A DNA stretch of 64,000 bases from Vicinamibacterales bacterium. GTDB lineage: Bacteria > Acidobacteriota > Vicinamibacteria > Vicinamibacterales > UBA8438. The first letter of the stretch is position 1, and each line of letters starts with the position of its first letter. This document shows positions 24,733 to 35,785 of this stretch, one piece after another. Location of the stretch: contig OZ253581.1 in NCBI GenBank assembly GCA_965263055.1, forward strand, positions 3,631,794-3,695,793. The letters are read 5' to 3'. Under the pieces are notes generated by a model. That model saw nothing but the letters and a program-made list of their open reading frames with translations, was not told the origin of the DNA and made no database searches. The position numbers and the translations under genes are program-made.

Positions 24733-26096
24733 TCGCGTGTCAGTCGGCGGACGGTCCCGAGCAGGAATGTCACGCCGATCAGGTTCGGGAACGCCATGAA
24801 CCCGTTGAAGAGCGTGCCGATGGCGAAGGCGAGGCGGACCTCGACGACTGATCCGATTAGGACGAACACCGTGAAGATGGCGCGGTAGGCCGGGATCACG
24901 CGTGAGCCGGCGAGGAATTCGAGACACTTCTCGCCGTAGTACGCCCAGCCGAGCAGGGTCGACAGACCGAAGAGGAAGGAGCAGAGGGCGATGAGCAGCG
25001 ACGCGTAGGGAATGGTGGTGCCGAACGCGGCCGCGGTCAGATCGGCGCTCGCGCCCTCGTACGCCGGGTCGGTCCAGAGGCCCGACGAGATGATGACGAA
25101 CGCAGTCATGGAACAGACCACGATGGTGTCCATGAACACCTCGAAGATGCTGATCACACCCTGCTCGCACGGATGCTTCACCTTCGCGATTCCGTGCGCG
25201 ATCGGCCCGCTTCCGAGCCCTGCCTCGTTCGACAGGACGCCGCGGCTCATCCCCGCCGCCACCACCTGCGCGACCGAGGCGCCGGCAACGCCCCCCACCG
25301 CCGCGAGCGGTGCGAACGCCCCGGTCACGATCTGCAGGAAGACCGAGGGTATCTGGTTCGCGTTCAGCACGATGTACACGGTCGAGGCGGCAAGGTAGAG
25401 CACGAGCATCGACGGCACCAGCCGCTCGGCCACCGCCGCGATCCGCCGAATGCCGCCCAGCAGCACCAGCCCAACTACGGCGGTGACGACGATCCCCGGC
25501 ACCCAGAGCGGCGGATCGATCCCCGCCGCGTCGCGTGACGCCTCGGCGAACGTCCGCGCGATCGCGTTGGATTGCACCATGTTGCCGGTGCCGAACAGCG
25601 CGGTCGCCGTTCCGAAGATGCAGAACAGGACGGCAAGTGTCCGCGCGGTGGGTGCGTGACGGATGCCGCGGACGAGGTAGTACATCGGCCCGGCCGCCAT
25701 CTCGCCGGTCTCGCGCGTGACCCGGTAGTGGACGCCCAGGACCGCCTCGGCGTACTTCGTCGCCATGCCGACCAGCGCGGTCACCCACATCCAGAAGATC
25801 GCACCGGGGCCGCCGATCAGGATCGCGGTGGCGACGCCGGCGATGTTGCCGTTGCCGACGGTGGCGGCGAGCGCAGTCGAGAGCGCCTGGAACGAAGTGA
25901 TGGTCCCTTCGCCCTCGGTCGACGGCGCGAAGACGCCTCCCAGCGCGCGGCGGACGGCAAACGGAAAGCGCCGCACCTGCACGACGCCGGTCATCGCCGT
26001 CGCCAGCCCGCCCACGAGGACCAGGATCAGCGGCAGCGCGAACGGGTGGTAGACCAGCTCCTCGGCACGCGCCATCCAGCCACTCAGTGCATCCAT
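24699..26096 (-). CDS. alanine/glycine:cation symporter (AGCS family)
   Basis: 465-aa ORF. Motifs ITSFQALSTALAATVGNGNIAGVATAILIGGPGAIFWMW, SNEAGLGSGPIAH. Confidence 0.9.
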   Translation of the reverse strand: MDALSGWMARAEELVYHPFALPLILVLVGGLATAMTGVVQVRRFPFAVRRALGGVFAPSTEGEGTITSFQALSTALAATVGNGNIAGVATAILIGGPGAIFWMWVTALVGMATKYAEAVLGVHYRVTRETGEMAAGPMYYLVRGIRHAPTARTLAVLFCIFGTATALFGTGNMVQSNAIARTFAEASRDAAGIDPPLWVPGIVVTAVVGLVLLGGIRRIAAVAERLVPSMLVLYLAASTVYIVLNANQIPSVFLQIVTGAFAPLAAVGGVAGASVAQVVAAGMSRGVLSNEAGLGSGPIAHGIAKVKHPCEQGVISIFEVFMDTIVVCSMTAFVIISSGLWTDPAYEGASADLTAAAFGTTIPYASLLIALCSFLFGLSTLLGWAYYGEKCLEFLAGSRVIPAYRAIFTVFVLIGSVVEVRLAFAIGTLFNGFMAFPNLIGVTFLLGTVRRLTRDYFNGTPGAGS

Positions 26097-26099
26097 AAG

Positions 26100-27467
26100 T
26101 CAGAACATCGCGACGACGGTGCCGATGATGATCGACGCGATCGCGGCGGGGCAGACCCACCGGAGGAGCACCGCCCAGACGCGTGGCGCCGGGAACCAGG
26201 CGCCGTGTGCACGCAACTCCTCAAGTGCGTCGTCGACGCGCCAGACCCAGCCGACGAAGATCGCGGTCAGCAGGCCGCCTATCGGCAGCGCGAACTCGTT
26301 CCAGATGGTCACCATCAGGGTCAGGAAGTCGGTGCCGAGGCCCGGCAGGCTGGTCAGGAACGGAACCGCGCCGCCGGAGAGGGCGCAGGGGATCGCCAGC
26401 GCCGCCACGACCAGCGTCACCGCACCCACGGCGCGCCGCCGGGTCCAGCCCCAGGCGTCGACGCAGTGCGCTACCGGTACCTCGAGCAGCGAAATGGTGG
26501 AGGTGAGGGCCGCGACACTCAGCAGCAGGAAGAACGCGGCCCCAAAGAGCTGCCCGCCCGGCAGAGTGGCGAACAGCCCCGGCAGGACGGCAAAGATCAG
26601 CCCCGGGCCGCTCGCCGCCGGATCGAACCCGGCGATCGAGAAACCGGCCGGAAAGATGATGAACCCGGCGAGTAGCGCGATGCCCGTGTCGAGCATCGAG
26701 ATCCAGATCGCCGAGATCGCAATCCCGTCCTGCTTCCGGAGGTAGCTGCCGTAGGTGATCATGCAGCCCATGCCAAGGCTGAGCGAAAAGAACGCCTGGC
26801 CGAGCGCCGCGTTGACGATGCGGATGTTCGCCACTTCCGAGAAGTCGGGCTGCAGGTAGTAGGCGATCCCTTCGGCAGCGCCCGGCAGCGTGACGGCGTG
26901 GAGCGCGAGCAGCACGAGCAGGACAAGCAACACCGGCATCAGCGTCTTCGTGACGCGCTCGATACCGGAGCGGACGCCGCCGAGCAGGACGCCGGCGGTG
27001 GTCCCGATGACCACTACGGCAAGGGTGATCGCCACCGGGCCGTTGGCGGTGAAGTCGCCGAAGAAGCTTCCCACTTCCTCCGCGGCGGCAGGGAGTGCGC
27101 CGGTCGCGGCGAACCACATGTAGGCAACCGCCCAGCCCGCGATCACGGAGTAGAAGGAGAGAATGCCGGCGCCGGCCAGGACGCCGAGCCCCCCGACCAG
27201 CCACCAGGCGCGTCCCGGCGCGAGGGCGGCGAACGATCCGACCGGGCTCTGCTCGGTCCGCCGGCCCATCGCGATCTCGGCCACCTGGATCGGAATGCAG
27301 ATCAGAAGGACGCAGGCGAGATAGATGAGGACGAAGACCGCGCCGCCCCCCTGGCCCACCTGGGTGGGGAAGCCCCAGATGTTGCCGAGGCCGACCGCGG
27401 AGCCCGCCGCCGCCAGGATGAACCCGGTGCGGGAGCCCCAGATGCCGCGACCGCCCGGCGCAGTCAT
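26100..27467 (-). CDS. sodium-dependent transporter, neurotransmitter:sodium symporter (NSS/SNF) family
   Basis: ATG 27467 within ORF 26100..28466(-). Motifs WGSRTGFILAAAGSAVGLGNIWGFP. About 11-12 TM segments. Confidence 0.85.
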   Translation of the reverse strand: MTAPGGRGIWGSRTGFILAAAGSAVGLGNIWGFPTQVGQGGGAVFVLIYLACVLLICIPIQVAEIAMGRRTEQSPVGSFAALAPGRAWWLVGGLGVLAGAGILSFYSVIAGWAVAYMWFAATGALPAAAEEVGSFFGDFTANGPVAITLAVVVIGTTAGVLLGGVRSGIERVTKTLMPVLLVLLVLLALHAVTLPGAAEGIAYYLQPDFSEVANIRIVNAALGQAFFSLSLGMGCMITYGSYLRKQDGIAISAIWISMLDTGIALLAGFIIFPAGFSIAGFDPAASGPGLIFAVLPGLFATLPGGQLFGAAFFLLLSVAALTSTISLLEVPVAHCVDAWGWTRRRAVGAVTLVVAALAIPCALSGGAVPFLTSLPGLGTDFLTLMVTIWNEFALPIGGLLTAIFVGWVWRVDDALEELRAHGAWFPAPRVWAVLLRWVCPAAIASIIIGTVVAMF

Positions 27468-27544
27468 GGGGTCGCGCGCCGCCCCGGTTGACGCACGTAA
27501 CTCGGAGGGAAGGGCGGGACAGCCCATGCGCCCATGTCGCAGGC

Positions 27545-27573
27545 ATTCTACCGAAACTCGGGTAGACTCCCAA
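27545..27573 (-). promoter_or_regulatory. candidate sigma70-type promoter TTGGGA-N17-TAGAAT for the NSS/AGCS transporter genes
   Basis: Hexamers read directly on the minus strand, about 78 nt upstream of ATG 27467. Confidence 0.3.
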
Positions 27574-27602
27574 GCGAATCCAGCGCTGACGAGACCGTCC
27601 GC

Positions 27603-28586
27603 ATGCCCTCCGACCGATCCCCGTCCGCTGTGACATCCTCCTCGCCCGCCACGGGTGGGACGGCGCGCCGGCTGGACGGCGCCGCCGTCGCCGAGGCGAT
27701 CCGCGAGTCGCTGCGGCCGCGGATCGACGCGGTGCGCAGGGCGGCGGGCCGGCCGCCGGCGCTTGGCCTCCTGCTCGCCGGTGACGATCCCGGTTCCGCC
27801 ATCTACGTCCGGAACAAGGTCGCGGCGAGCGAGACGCTCGGTATGGCGACCGACCTTCGGACGCTGCCCACCTCCGCGTCGTTCGATGAGGCGCTCGCGA
27901 TCGTCGAAGGGTTCAACCATGACGACGCGATTGACGGCATCCTGGTGCAGTCGCCGCTCCCGCCCGGCATGGGGGGCGCCGCCGAGCAACGGATCTTCGA
28001 TGCGATCGATCCGGCAAAGGATGCCGACGGTTTCCACCCGGTAAACGTGGGGCGCCTGGTGCAGCGCCGCCCCGCCCTTGCGCCCTGCACACCGTCGGGC
28101 ATCATCGAGCTCCTCGACCGTCACGACATCGAGGTCGCCGGCCGGCGCGCCGTCGTGATCGGTCGGAGCGACATCGTCGGCAAGCCAATGGCGATGCTGC
28201 TGCTGCATCGGCACGCGACGGTGACGATTTGTCATTCGCGCACCCGGGATCTGCCGCGCGTAGCCTCGGAGGCGGACATCCTGATCGCGGCGATCGGCCG
28301 TCCGGCCTTTGTTACGGCGGATTTCGTGAAGCCTGGCGCTGTAGTAATCGACGTTGGCACGAACGCGCTGACCGAACGTGATCAAGTGGTCGCGATCTTC
28401 GGCGAGGGCAGCAGGAAACTGGAGGCGTTCGACCGCCGCGGCCAGGTGCTCTCGGGCGACGTCCACCCCGACGTGGCGAATGTCGCTGGCGCGCTTACCC
28501 CGGTACCCGGTGGCGTTGGCCCGTTGACTATCGCGATGCTCCTCGCCAACACGGTCCGCGCCGCCGAGGCGCGCAGCCGCCTGTAG
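27603..28586 (+). CDS. folD: bifunctional methylenetetrahydrofolate dehydrogenase/cyclohydrolase
   Basis: ATG 27603 within ORF 27534..28586. Motifs AIYVRNK, DGILVQSPLP, DADGFHP, VIGRSDIVGKPMA, TPVPGGVGP. Confidence 0.9.
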   Translation: MPSDRSPSAVTSSSPATGGTARRLDGAAVAEAIRESLRPRIDAVRRAAGRPPALGLLLAGDDPGSAIYVRNKVAASETLGMATDLRTLPTSASFDEALAIVEGFNHDDAIDGILVQSPLPPGMGGAAEQRIFDAIDPAKDADGFHPVNVGRLVQRRPALAPCTPSGIIELLDRHDIEVAGRRAVVIGRSDIVGKPMAMLLLHRHATVTICHSRTRDLPRVASEADILIAAIGRPAFVTADFVKPGAVVIDVGTNALTERDQVVAIFGEGSRKLEAFDRRGQVLSGDVHPDVANVAGALTPVPGGVGPLTIAMLLANTVRAAEARSRL

Positions 28587-28603
28587 CCGGCGTAACTCCG
28601 GGC

Positions 28604-29200
28604 TCAGGCAAGTGCGCGGCAGAGGTCATCTACCTGCCGTGCGGTCTCGTGGAACGATCCGTCAGTGGTGATGATCAGGTCCGCCCGAGCCACCTTGTCG
28701 GCGATCGGCAACTGCGCCGCCAACCGTTGGCGCGCCTCTGCCTCCGACAACCCGTCGCGCGCCACAACACGCGCGATCTGCTTCTCCGGTGCGCAGGCCA
28801 CTACGATCACGCGGTCGAACTCGCCGTCACGTCCGGTCTCGAACAGTAGCGGGATGTCGGCGACCGCGAACGGCGGCGTGGCGTGCGCCCTGACGCGAGC
28901 ACTGAACCAGTCGTCTATCGCGCGGCGCACCGGCGGGTGAACGATCGCCTCCAGGTCCGCGCGCGCGGCCGCATCCCGGAAGACGATGGCGCCGAGGCGT
29001 ACCCGGTCGATCGCGCCGCCGGCCTGAAGGACACCATCGCCGAAGCGCCGGCGGATCGCGGCGTGCGCTGGCCGACCCGGTTCGACGACCGCGCGGGCAA
29101 GCTGGTCGGCGTCGATCGTCGGGACGCCCCGCGCCTCCAGCAGGCGCACCGCGTAGGACTTGCCGGTGGCGAGCCCGCCGGTCAGTGCCACCCGCAACAT
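28604..29200 (-). CDS. coaE: dephospho-CoA kinase
   Basis: 198-aa ORF. Motifs LTGGLATGKS (P-loop), IDADQLAR, IPLLFE. Confidence 0.9.
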   Translation of the reverse strand: MLRVALTGGLATGKSYAVRLLEARGVPTIDADQLARAVVEPGRPAHAAIRRRFGDGVLQAGGAIDRVRLGAIVFRDAAARADLEAIVHPPVRRAIDDWFSARVRAHATPPFAVADIPLLFETGRDGEFDRVIVVACAPEKQIARVVARDGLSEAEARQRLAAQLPIADKVARADLIITTDGSFHETARQVDDLCRALA

Positions 29201-29250
29201 TACGGTCGTTCGCCCCGGCCGCGCATTGCCCGTGCGGGAGGGAATGTCGG

Positions 29251-29266
29251 CCCGCCGATCGGCGGG
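29251..29266 (-). terminator. 16-bp perfect palindrome CCCGCCGATCGGCGGG, 5 nt after the lapB stop (short GC hairpin, no U-tract)
   Basis: Read directly. Function as a terminator is speculative. Confidence 0.2.
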
Positions 29267-29270
29267 ACGC

Positions 29271-30509
29271 TCAGGCAGGCGCCTCCTCGGGCTCCTCCGC
29301 GTCCTCGGTTTCCTCCGCCGGCGCGATCCGCTCCTCGACGAACGTGTTCCACTCGTGGCATTGCGGGCACTGCCAGAGCAGTTCCGTGCACCGGTAGTGA
29401 CAGCGCATGCAGATGTGGGGATCGAGATAGAAGACCGATTCGTGGGTGAGTGACAGATAGCGGCGCACGAGCGCGTGATCGAAGTCCAGCGTCATCAGCG
29501 ACCGCCAGATCGCCAGGTGCACGGCGAGCGCGTGCGGGTTGTGAACGAGCGAGTCGAAGAAGAACTCCAGCGCGTCCCGTGCGTCGCCGTGGGTGGCCAG
29601 GTGCTGGCCAAGAGTCAGCCGGGCGCGCCAGTCCTGCGGATTGGCGTCGATCAGCCGCCGGCAGAACTCCACGAACCGGCCATTGCCGCCGGCGCCGGCA
29701 AAGGCCTTCTCCAACCGGTCAAACGCCAGGTACGAGCGTTCCGGCGCCGTCCGGCTGATCTGTTCCCAGCGCGCGATCGCCTCTGTGGTGCGCTCCTGCT
29801 GCATATGCACGTCGCCCAGGTTGAGCGAGGCAGGTACTGTCCGCGGGTCGAGTTCGAGTGCCGTCTCGAAGTGCCGGGTCGCCTGTTCGGGCGACCCTTG
29901 CCGCATCGCCTGAAGGCCCAGCTCGTTCTCCAGAAAGGCGAGAATCGCCTGATCGCGCGGCTTCTCCACGTCGGGCGCAATGTTGGTGATTCGCTGGCGA
30001 ATGGCGCGTGCCTCCTCCCATTGCTGCTGCTCCTCGTGGATCTTTTCCAGGTTCAGCAGCGCGTACTGATTGCCCGGGTCGAGCCGCGTCACTTCCGAGA
30101 ACGTCTCGAATGCGCGGTCGATGAAGCCGCCCCGCTTGTAATCGAGTCCGAGGCAGAGCAGGACATAGGCCTGTTCCATTGTGGTCAGCTTGGGCCGCTG
30201 CAACAGCCGCTGGTGCAACTGGATCGCCTTGCTCACCTGTCCCCGTTCGCGGTACAGGTTGCCGAGGATCAGGTTGATCTCGAGCGCCGTCGAATCCAAC
30301 CCCATCGCGCGCGTCAATTCCTCGATAGCCAGGTCGATCTGGTTCGAAACCAGAAAGTTCAATCCGAGGATGTAGTGGGGCGACTCACGGATCTTCCGGC
30401 GGTCGATCCACCGTCCGTCCTGCAACTTGTAGCGTTCCCACGCCTTGCCGGTGGCGAGGCCGATGAGCAGCGCCGCAATCGGGGCAAGCAGCAGCAGGGT
30501 ATCGGTCAT
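29271..30509 (-). CDS. lapB: LPS assembly regulator LapB/YciM (TM anchor, TPR repeats, rubredoxin-type zinc finger)
   Basis: 412-aa ORF with an N-terminal TM helix and TPR repeats. C-terminal CMRCHYRCTELLWQCPQCHEW. Confidence 0.85.
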   Translation of the reverse strand: MTDTLLLLAPIAALLIGLATGKAWERYKLQDGRWIDRRKIRESPHYILGLNFLVSNQIDLAIEELTRAMGLDSTALEINLILGNLYRERGQVSKAIQLHQRLLQRPKLTTMEQAYVLLCLGLDYKRGGFIDRAFETFSEVTRLDPGNQYALLNLEKIHEEQQQWEEARAIRQRITNIAPDVEKPRDQAILAFLENELGLQAMRQGSPEQATRHFETALELDPRTVPASLNLGDVHMQQERTTEAIARWEQISRTAPERSYLAFDRLEKAFAGAGGNGRFVEFCRRLIDANPQDWRARLTLGQHLATHGDARDALEFFFDSLVHNPHALAVHLAIWRSLMTLDFDHALVRRYLSLTHESVFYLDPHICMRCHYRCTELLWQCPQCHEWNTFVEERIAPAEETEDAEEPEEAPA

Positions 30510-30530
30510 CGGTATCTTCTTTGCCGTCCC

Positions 30531-31529
30531 TCAGAACAGTTCCGTCCGCCAGAGGTCGTGCAGGTGGATGAGGCCGGCAATCCGCCGCCCGGCGTCGACC
30601 ACCGGCAGCGACGTGATTCGTTGCCGTTCCATCAGGCGCAGCGCCTCGGCGGCGAGCGTTCCCGGATCGATGGTAAGCGGATCGGGCGACATCAGGTCGC
30701 GCGCACGTTGCTCGCCGAGAGGCGGCGCCGATTGACCGCGCGTCGGCAAATGGCGGCGCAGGTCGCCGTCCGTGATGACCCCGGCTAGCCGGCCGTCGGC
30801 GCCCGCGACGCAGGTCATGCCGAAGCCTCCCGAGGTGATGGTCTCGACAACGTCGTCGAACGATGCATCGGGCGACACCACCGGCACCTCGCCGCCCGAG
30901 TGCATCAGGTGATCGACCCGCAGCAGACGCTTGCCGAGTTGGCCCCCGGGGTGGAGATGCGCGAAGTCTTCCTCGCGGAACCCCTTTCGGACAAGCAACG
31001 CCATTGCCAGCGCGTCGCCCAGCGCAAGGGCGGCGGTGGTGCTCGCGGTAGGCGCCAGATTCAGGGGACACGCCTCGGCCGAGACGCTGCAGTCAAGGGC
31101 GACGTCGGCCGCTTCTCCCAGCACACTCCCGACCGAGCCGGTCACCGCCAGGAGCCGGGCATCGAGGCGACGGATCGTTTCGATTAAACGGACCAGTTCC
31201 GGCGTTTCGCCGCTCTGCGACAGGGCGACGACGACATCGGTAGGAAGAATCGCCCCCAGGTCGCCGTGGATCGCTTCGGCGGGATGGATGAAGTACGCCG
31301 CAGTGCCCGTGCTGGAGAGCGTCGCCGCGAGCTTGCGCGCGATGATTCCCGACTTGCCCATGCCCGTGACGATCACTCGGCCCGAACCCGAGGCCAGCAG
31401 TTCGACTGCCGCATCGAACCGTTCATCCAGCCGATCGGCGATCGCCGCTACCGCGTCCGCCTCGATTCTGATCACACGTCGGGCCAGCTCGACGGCGGTA
31501 GTGGTTGCTGACAGGTCGCGGATGTTCAT
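30531..31529 (-). CDS. kdsD: arabinose-5-phosphate isomerase (SIS plus tandem CBS)
   Basis: 332-aa ORF. Motifs VTGMGKSG, SQSGETPE, LHPGGQLGK, two CBS-like repeats. Confidence 0.9.
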   Translation of the reverse strand: MNIRDLSATTTAVELARRVIRIEADAVAAIADRLDERFDAAVELLASGSGRVIVTGMGKSGIIARKLAATLSSTGTAAYFIHPAEAIHGDLGAILPTDVVVALSQSGETPELVRLIETIRRLDARLLAVTGSVGSVLGEAADVALDCSVSAEACPLNLAPTASTTAALALGDALAMALLVRKGFREEDFAHLHPGGQLGKRLLRVDHLMHSGGEVPVVSPDASFDDVVETITSGGFGMTCVAGADGRLAGVITDGDLRRHLPTRGQSAPPLGEQRARDLMSPDPLTIDPGTLAAEALRLMERQRITSLPVVDAGRRIAGLIHLHDLWRTELF

Positions 31530-32386
31530 CGGAGGTCCCCCGCACCGGCCGCGGCAAGTGGCCGGCGCGATGCCCCGGCAATCGCCACGACCCGTCGCAG
31601 CAGCGGTTCGAGCCGGTCAAGGGGCAGCGCATTCGCGCCGTCGCTTCGAGCGCGGGCCGGGTCGTCGTGCACTTCGAGGAACAGTCCGTCGATGCCTGCC
31701 GCGACCCCCGCCGTCGCAAGCGGCTCGATGAACTCCGGCCGGCCGTCGCTTGCGCCGTCGCCACCCCCGGGCGACTGCACGCTGTGCGTCACGTCGAAGA
31801 CGACCGGGTAGCCGAGCGAGCGGAGCTGCGGAAACGACCGGAAGTCGACCACCAGGTCGCGGTAGCCGAACAGCGTGCCGCGCTCGGTAAGGATCACCTG
31901 ATCGTGTCCGGTGGCAGTCGCCTTCGCCACGGCATGCCGCATGTCGAGCGGCGCCATGAACTGGCCCTTCTTCAGGTTGACTGTCCGTCCGGTGGCGGCG
32001 GCGGCGGCGATGAGGTCCGTCTGCCTCGCAAGCAACGCCGGAATCTGCACGATGTCGGCCACCTCCGCGACGGGCGCCGCCTGCGCCGGTTCATGGATGT
32101 CGGTGAGCATCGGCACGCCGAGGTCTGCCTTGATGGCGGCGAGGATCCGCAGGCCCTCGGCCAGACCGGGGCCGCGGAATGACTTGATCGATGTCCGGTT
32201 CGCCTTGTCGTATGACGCCTTGAAGACGAACGGAACACCGCACCGCCCGGTGATGTCGCGCAGCGCCCGGGCCATCGCCGCGGCATGCTCCGCACTCTCG
32301 ATGACGCACGGACCCGCGATGAGCGGCAGGGACGCGCCGTCGCCGAACGCTACGCCACCGGCAGCGACCGTTCGCACGCTGCTCAT
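31526..32386 (-). CDS. kdsA: 2-dehydro-3-deoxyphosphooctonate aldolase (Kdo-8-P synthase)
   Basis: ORF 31526..32419(-). ATG 32386 preferred (TTG 32419 alternative). Motifs IAGPCVIES, FKASYDKANRTS, QIPALLARQTDL, FDVTHSVQ. Confidence 0.9.
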   Translation of the reverse strand: MSSVRTVAAGGVAFGDGASLPLIAGPCVIESAEHAAAMARALRDITGRCGVPFVFKASYDKANRTSIKSFRGPGLAEGLRILAAIKADLGVPMLTDIHEPAQAAPVAEVADIVQIPALLARQTDLIAAAAATGRTVNLKKGQFMAPLDMRHAVAKATATGHDQVILTERGTLFGYRDLVVDFRSFPQLRSLGYPVVFDVTHSVQSPGGGDGASDGRPEFIEPLATAGVAAGIDGLFLEVHDDPARARSDGANALPLDRLEPLLRRVVAIAGASRRPLAAAGAGDLR

Positions 32387-32411
32387 TCTATCGAGCGGAG
32401 CGCTGCGAGGA

Positions 32412-34954
<2,543 letters not shown>

Positions 34955-35205
34955 GTGTCAACAGGGACAAGGGCAGCGCCAGGTCCGGCGCGGGGTGGTC
35001 ACCGCTGCGGCTTCCCATCGCACGCGGCGCTCATCGCATGGCGCGCTTCCCACCGGTGCCGCTCGCGCGTCCGGCCACCCTGGATGAAGGCTCGGCCCCG
35101 CCAGGCGCCGCACTGCCGCGTGACGGGGGCGAGGCCCGCAAGATGCCGGTCGATCCGCGCCAGCCGGTGCGCGAGTACGCTAGGCTGTTCGTTGGAGACA
35201 GATTA

Positions 35206-35781
35206 ATGACGGCGTCATGGCGTGTCGGCCTGCTCGTCGCCGGAACCGCGTTCGTTGCCGCGTGGCTCGCCGCCGCAACGACGGCGCGCCGCGGCGACGT
35301 GCCCGTTGCGGGAAGCCCGGCGCCGGCTCCGCCCCCGGCGTCGGTTGTCGCCGCGGTCGCCGCACTCGACGACGTGCCCGATCTGGCCGCATCGATGGAG
35401 CGGTTGACGGAACGCCTCGAGCACGCGGGCGGGCCCCGCATCGGCGCCCGGAATCCTTTCGCTTTCGGTCGCGATGCCTCCGGCGCTGCGCCGGCTCCCG
35501 ATCCGGCGGCATCGGGTTCCGAACGGGCGGTCGACGCGGATGACGCTTTCCGCGCCACCCCGATCGACCGGTTCGGCCTGGTGCTATCCGGCATTGCCGC
35601 CACGAACACCGCGGAGGGCGAAACAGACCGCACCGCCATACTGACTGCACGCACTGGCGATGCCCTTCTCGTCCGCGTTGGCGACATCCTGCCCGGCGAC
35701 TGGCGTGTCGTTTCGGTGACCGACACCGGTGTCACACTGGCTGACCCGGCTGGCGCGACCCGCCGGCTCGATCTGCCGTAG
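35206..35781 (+). CDS. hypothetical membrane-anchored protein with PilP/GspC HR-domain-like C-terminus
   Basis: ATG 35206, 8 nt after GGAG, within ORF 34912..35781 (alternative starts 35143 and 35038). TM helix WRVGLLVAGTAFVAAWLAA and an Ala/Pro linker. Then RNPFAF and FGLVLSGIAA...AILTARTGDALLVRVGDILPGDWRVVSVTDTGVTL. Confidence 0.55.
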   Translation: MTASWRVGLLVAGTAFVAAWLAAATTARRGDVPVAGSPAPAPPPASVVAAVAALDDVPDLAASMERLTERLEHAGGPRIGARNPFAFGRDASGAAPAPDPAASGSERAVDADDAFRATPIDRFGLVLSGIAATNTAEGETDRTAILTARTGDALLVRVGDILPGDWRVVSVTDTGVTLADPAGATRRLDLP

Positions 35782-35785
35782 GTTG

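Noticed and set aside
22753-26160. A 1135-aa minus-strand ORF, plus similar long ORFs at 1053..2771(-), 2921..4702(-), 8954..10870(+), 19128..20864(-), 42088..43623(-), 47241..48818(-), 49538..50944(-) and 25572..26675(+).
   Set aside because: All lie antisense to, or out of frame with, genes that carry clear family motifs. Their translations are Arg/Pro/Gly/Ala-rich low-complexity sequence with no recognisable domains. This is typical of stop-codon-poor frames in GC-rich DNA.
27468-27602. Possible ZTP, THF or glycine riboswitch in the divergent gap between the NSS transporter and folD.
   Set aside because: I could not find the conserved cores, such as a CCGCCUGGGCA-like ZTP 3' element or ACCGAAGGGGCAA-type glycine motifs. 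Only promoter-like hexamers are present. An Rfam covariance scan would settle it.
26100-28466. Long N-terminal extensions offered by the ORF track: the NSS transporter as 788 aa, murB from 6023, murA from 7222, pgi from 55166, glnK from 62653, rpsI from 18415 and dcd from 45412.
   Set aside because: The conserved domains begin at internal start codons that abut or overlap the upstream gene's stop. The upstream extensions overlap neighbouring genes and are low-complexity.
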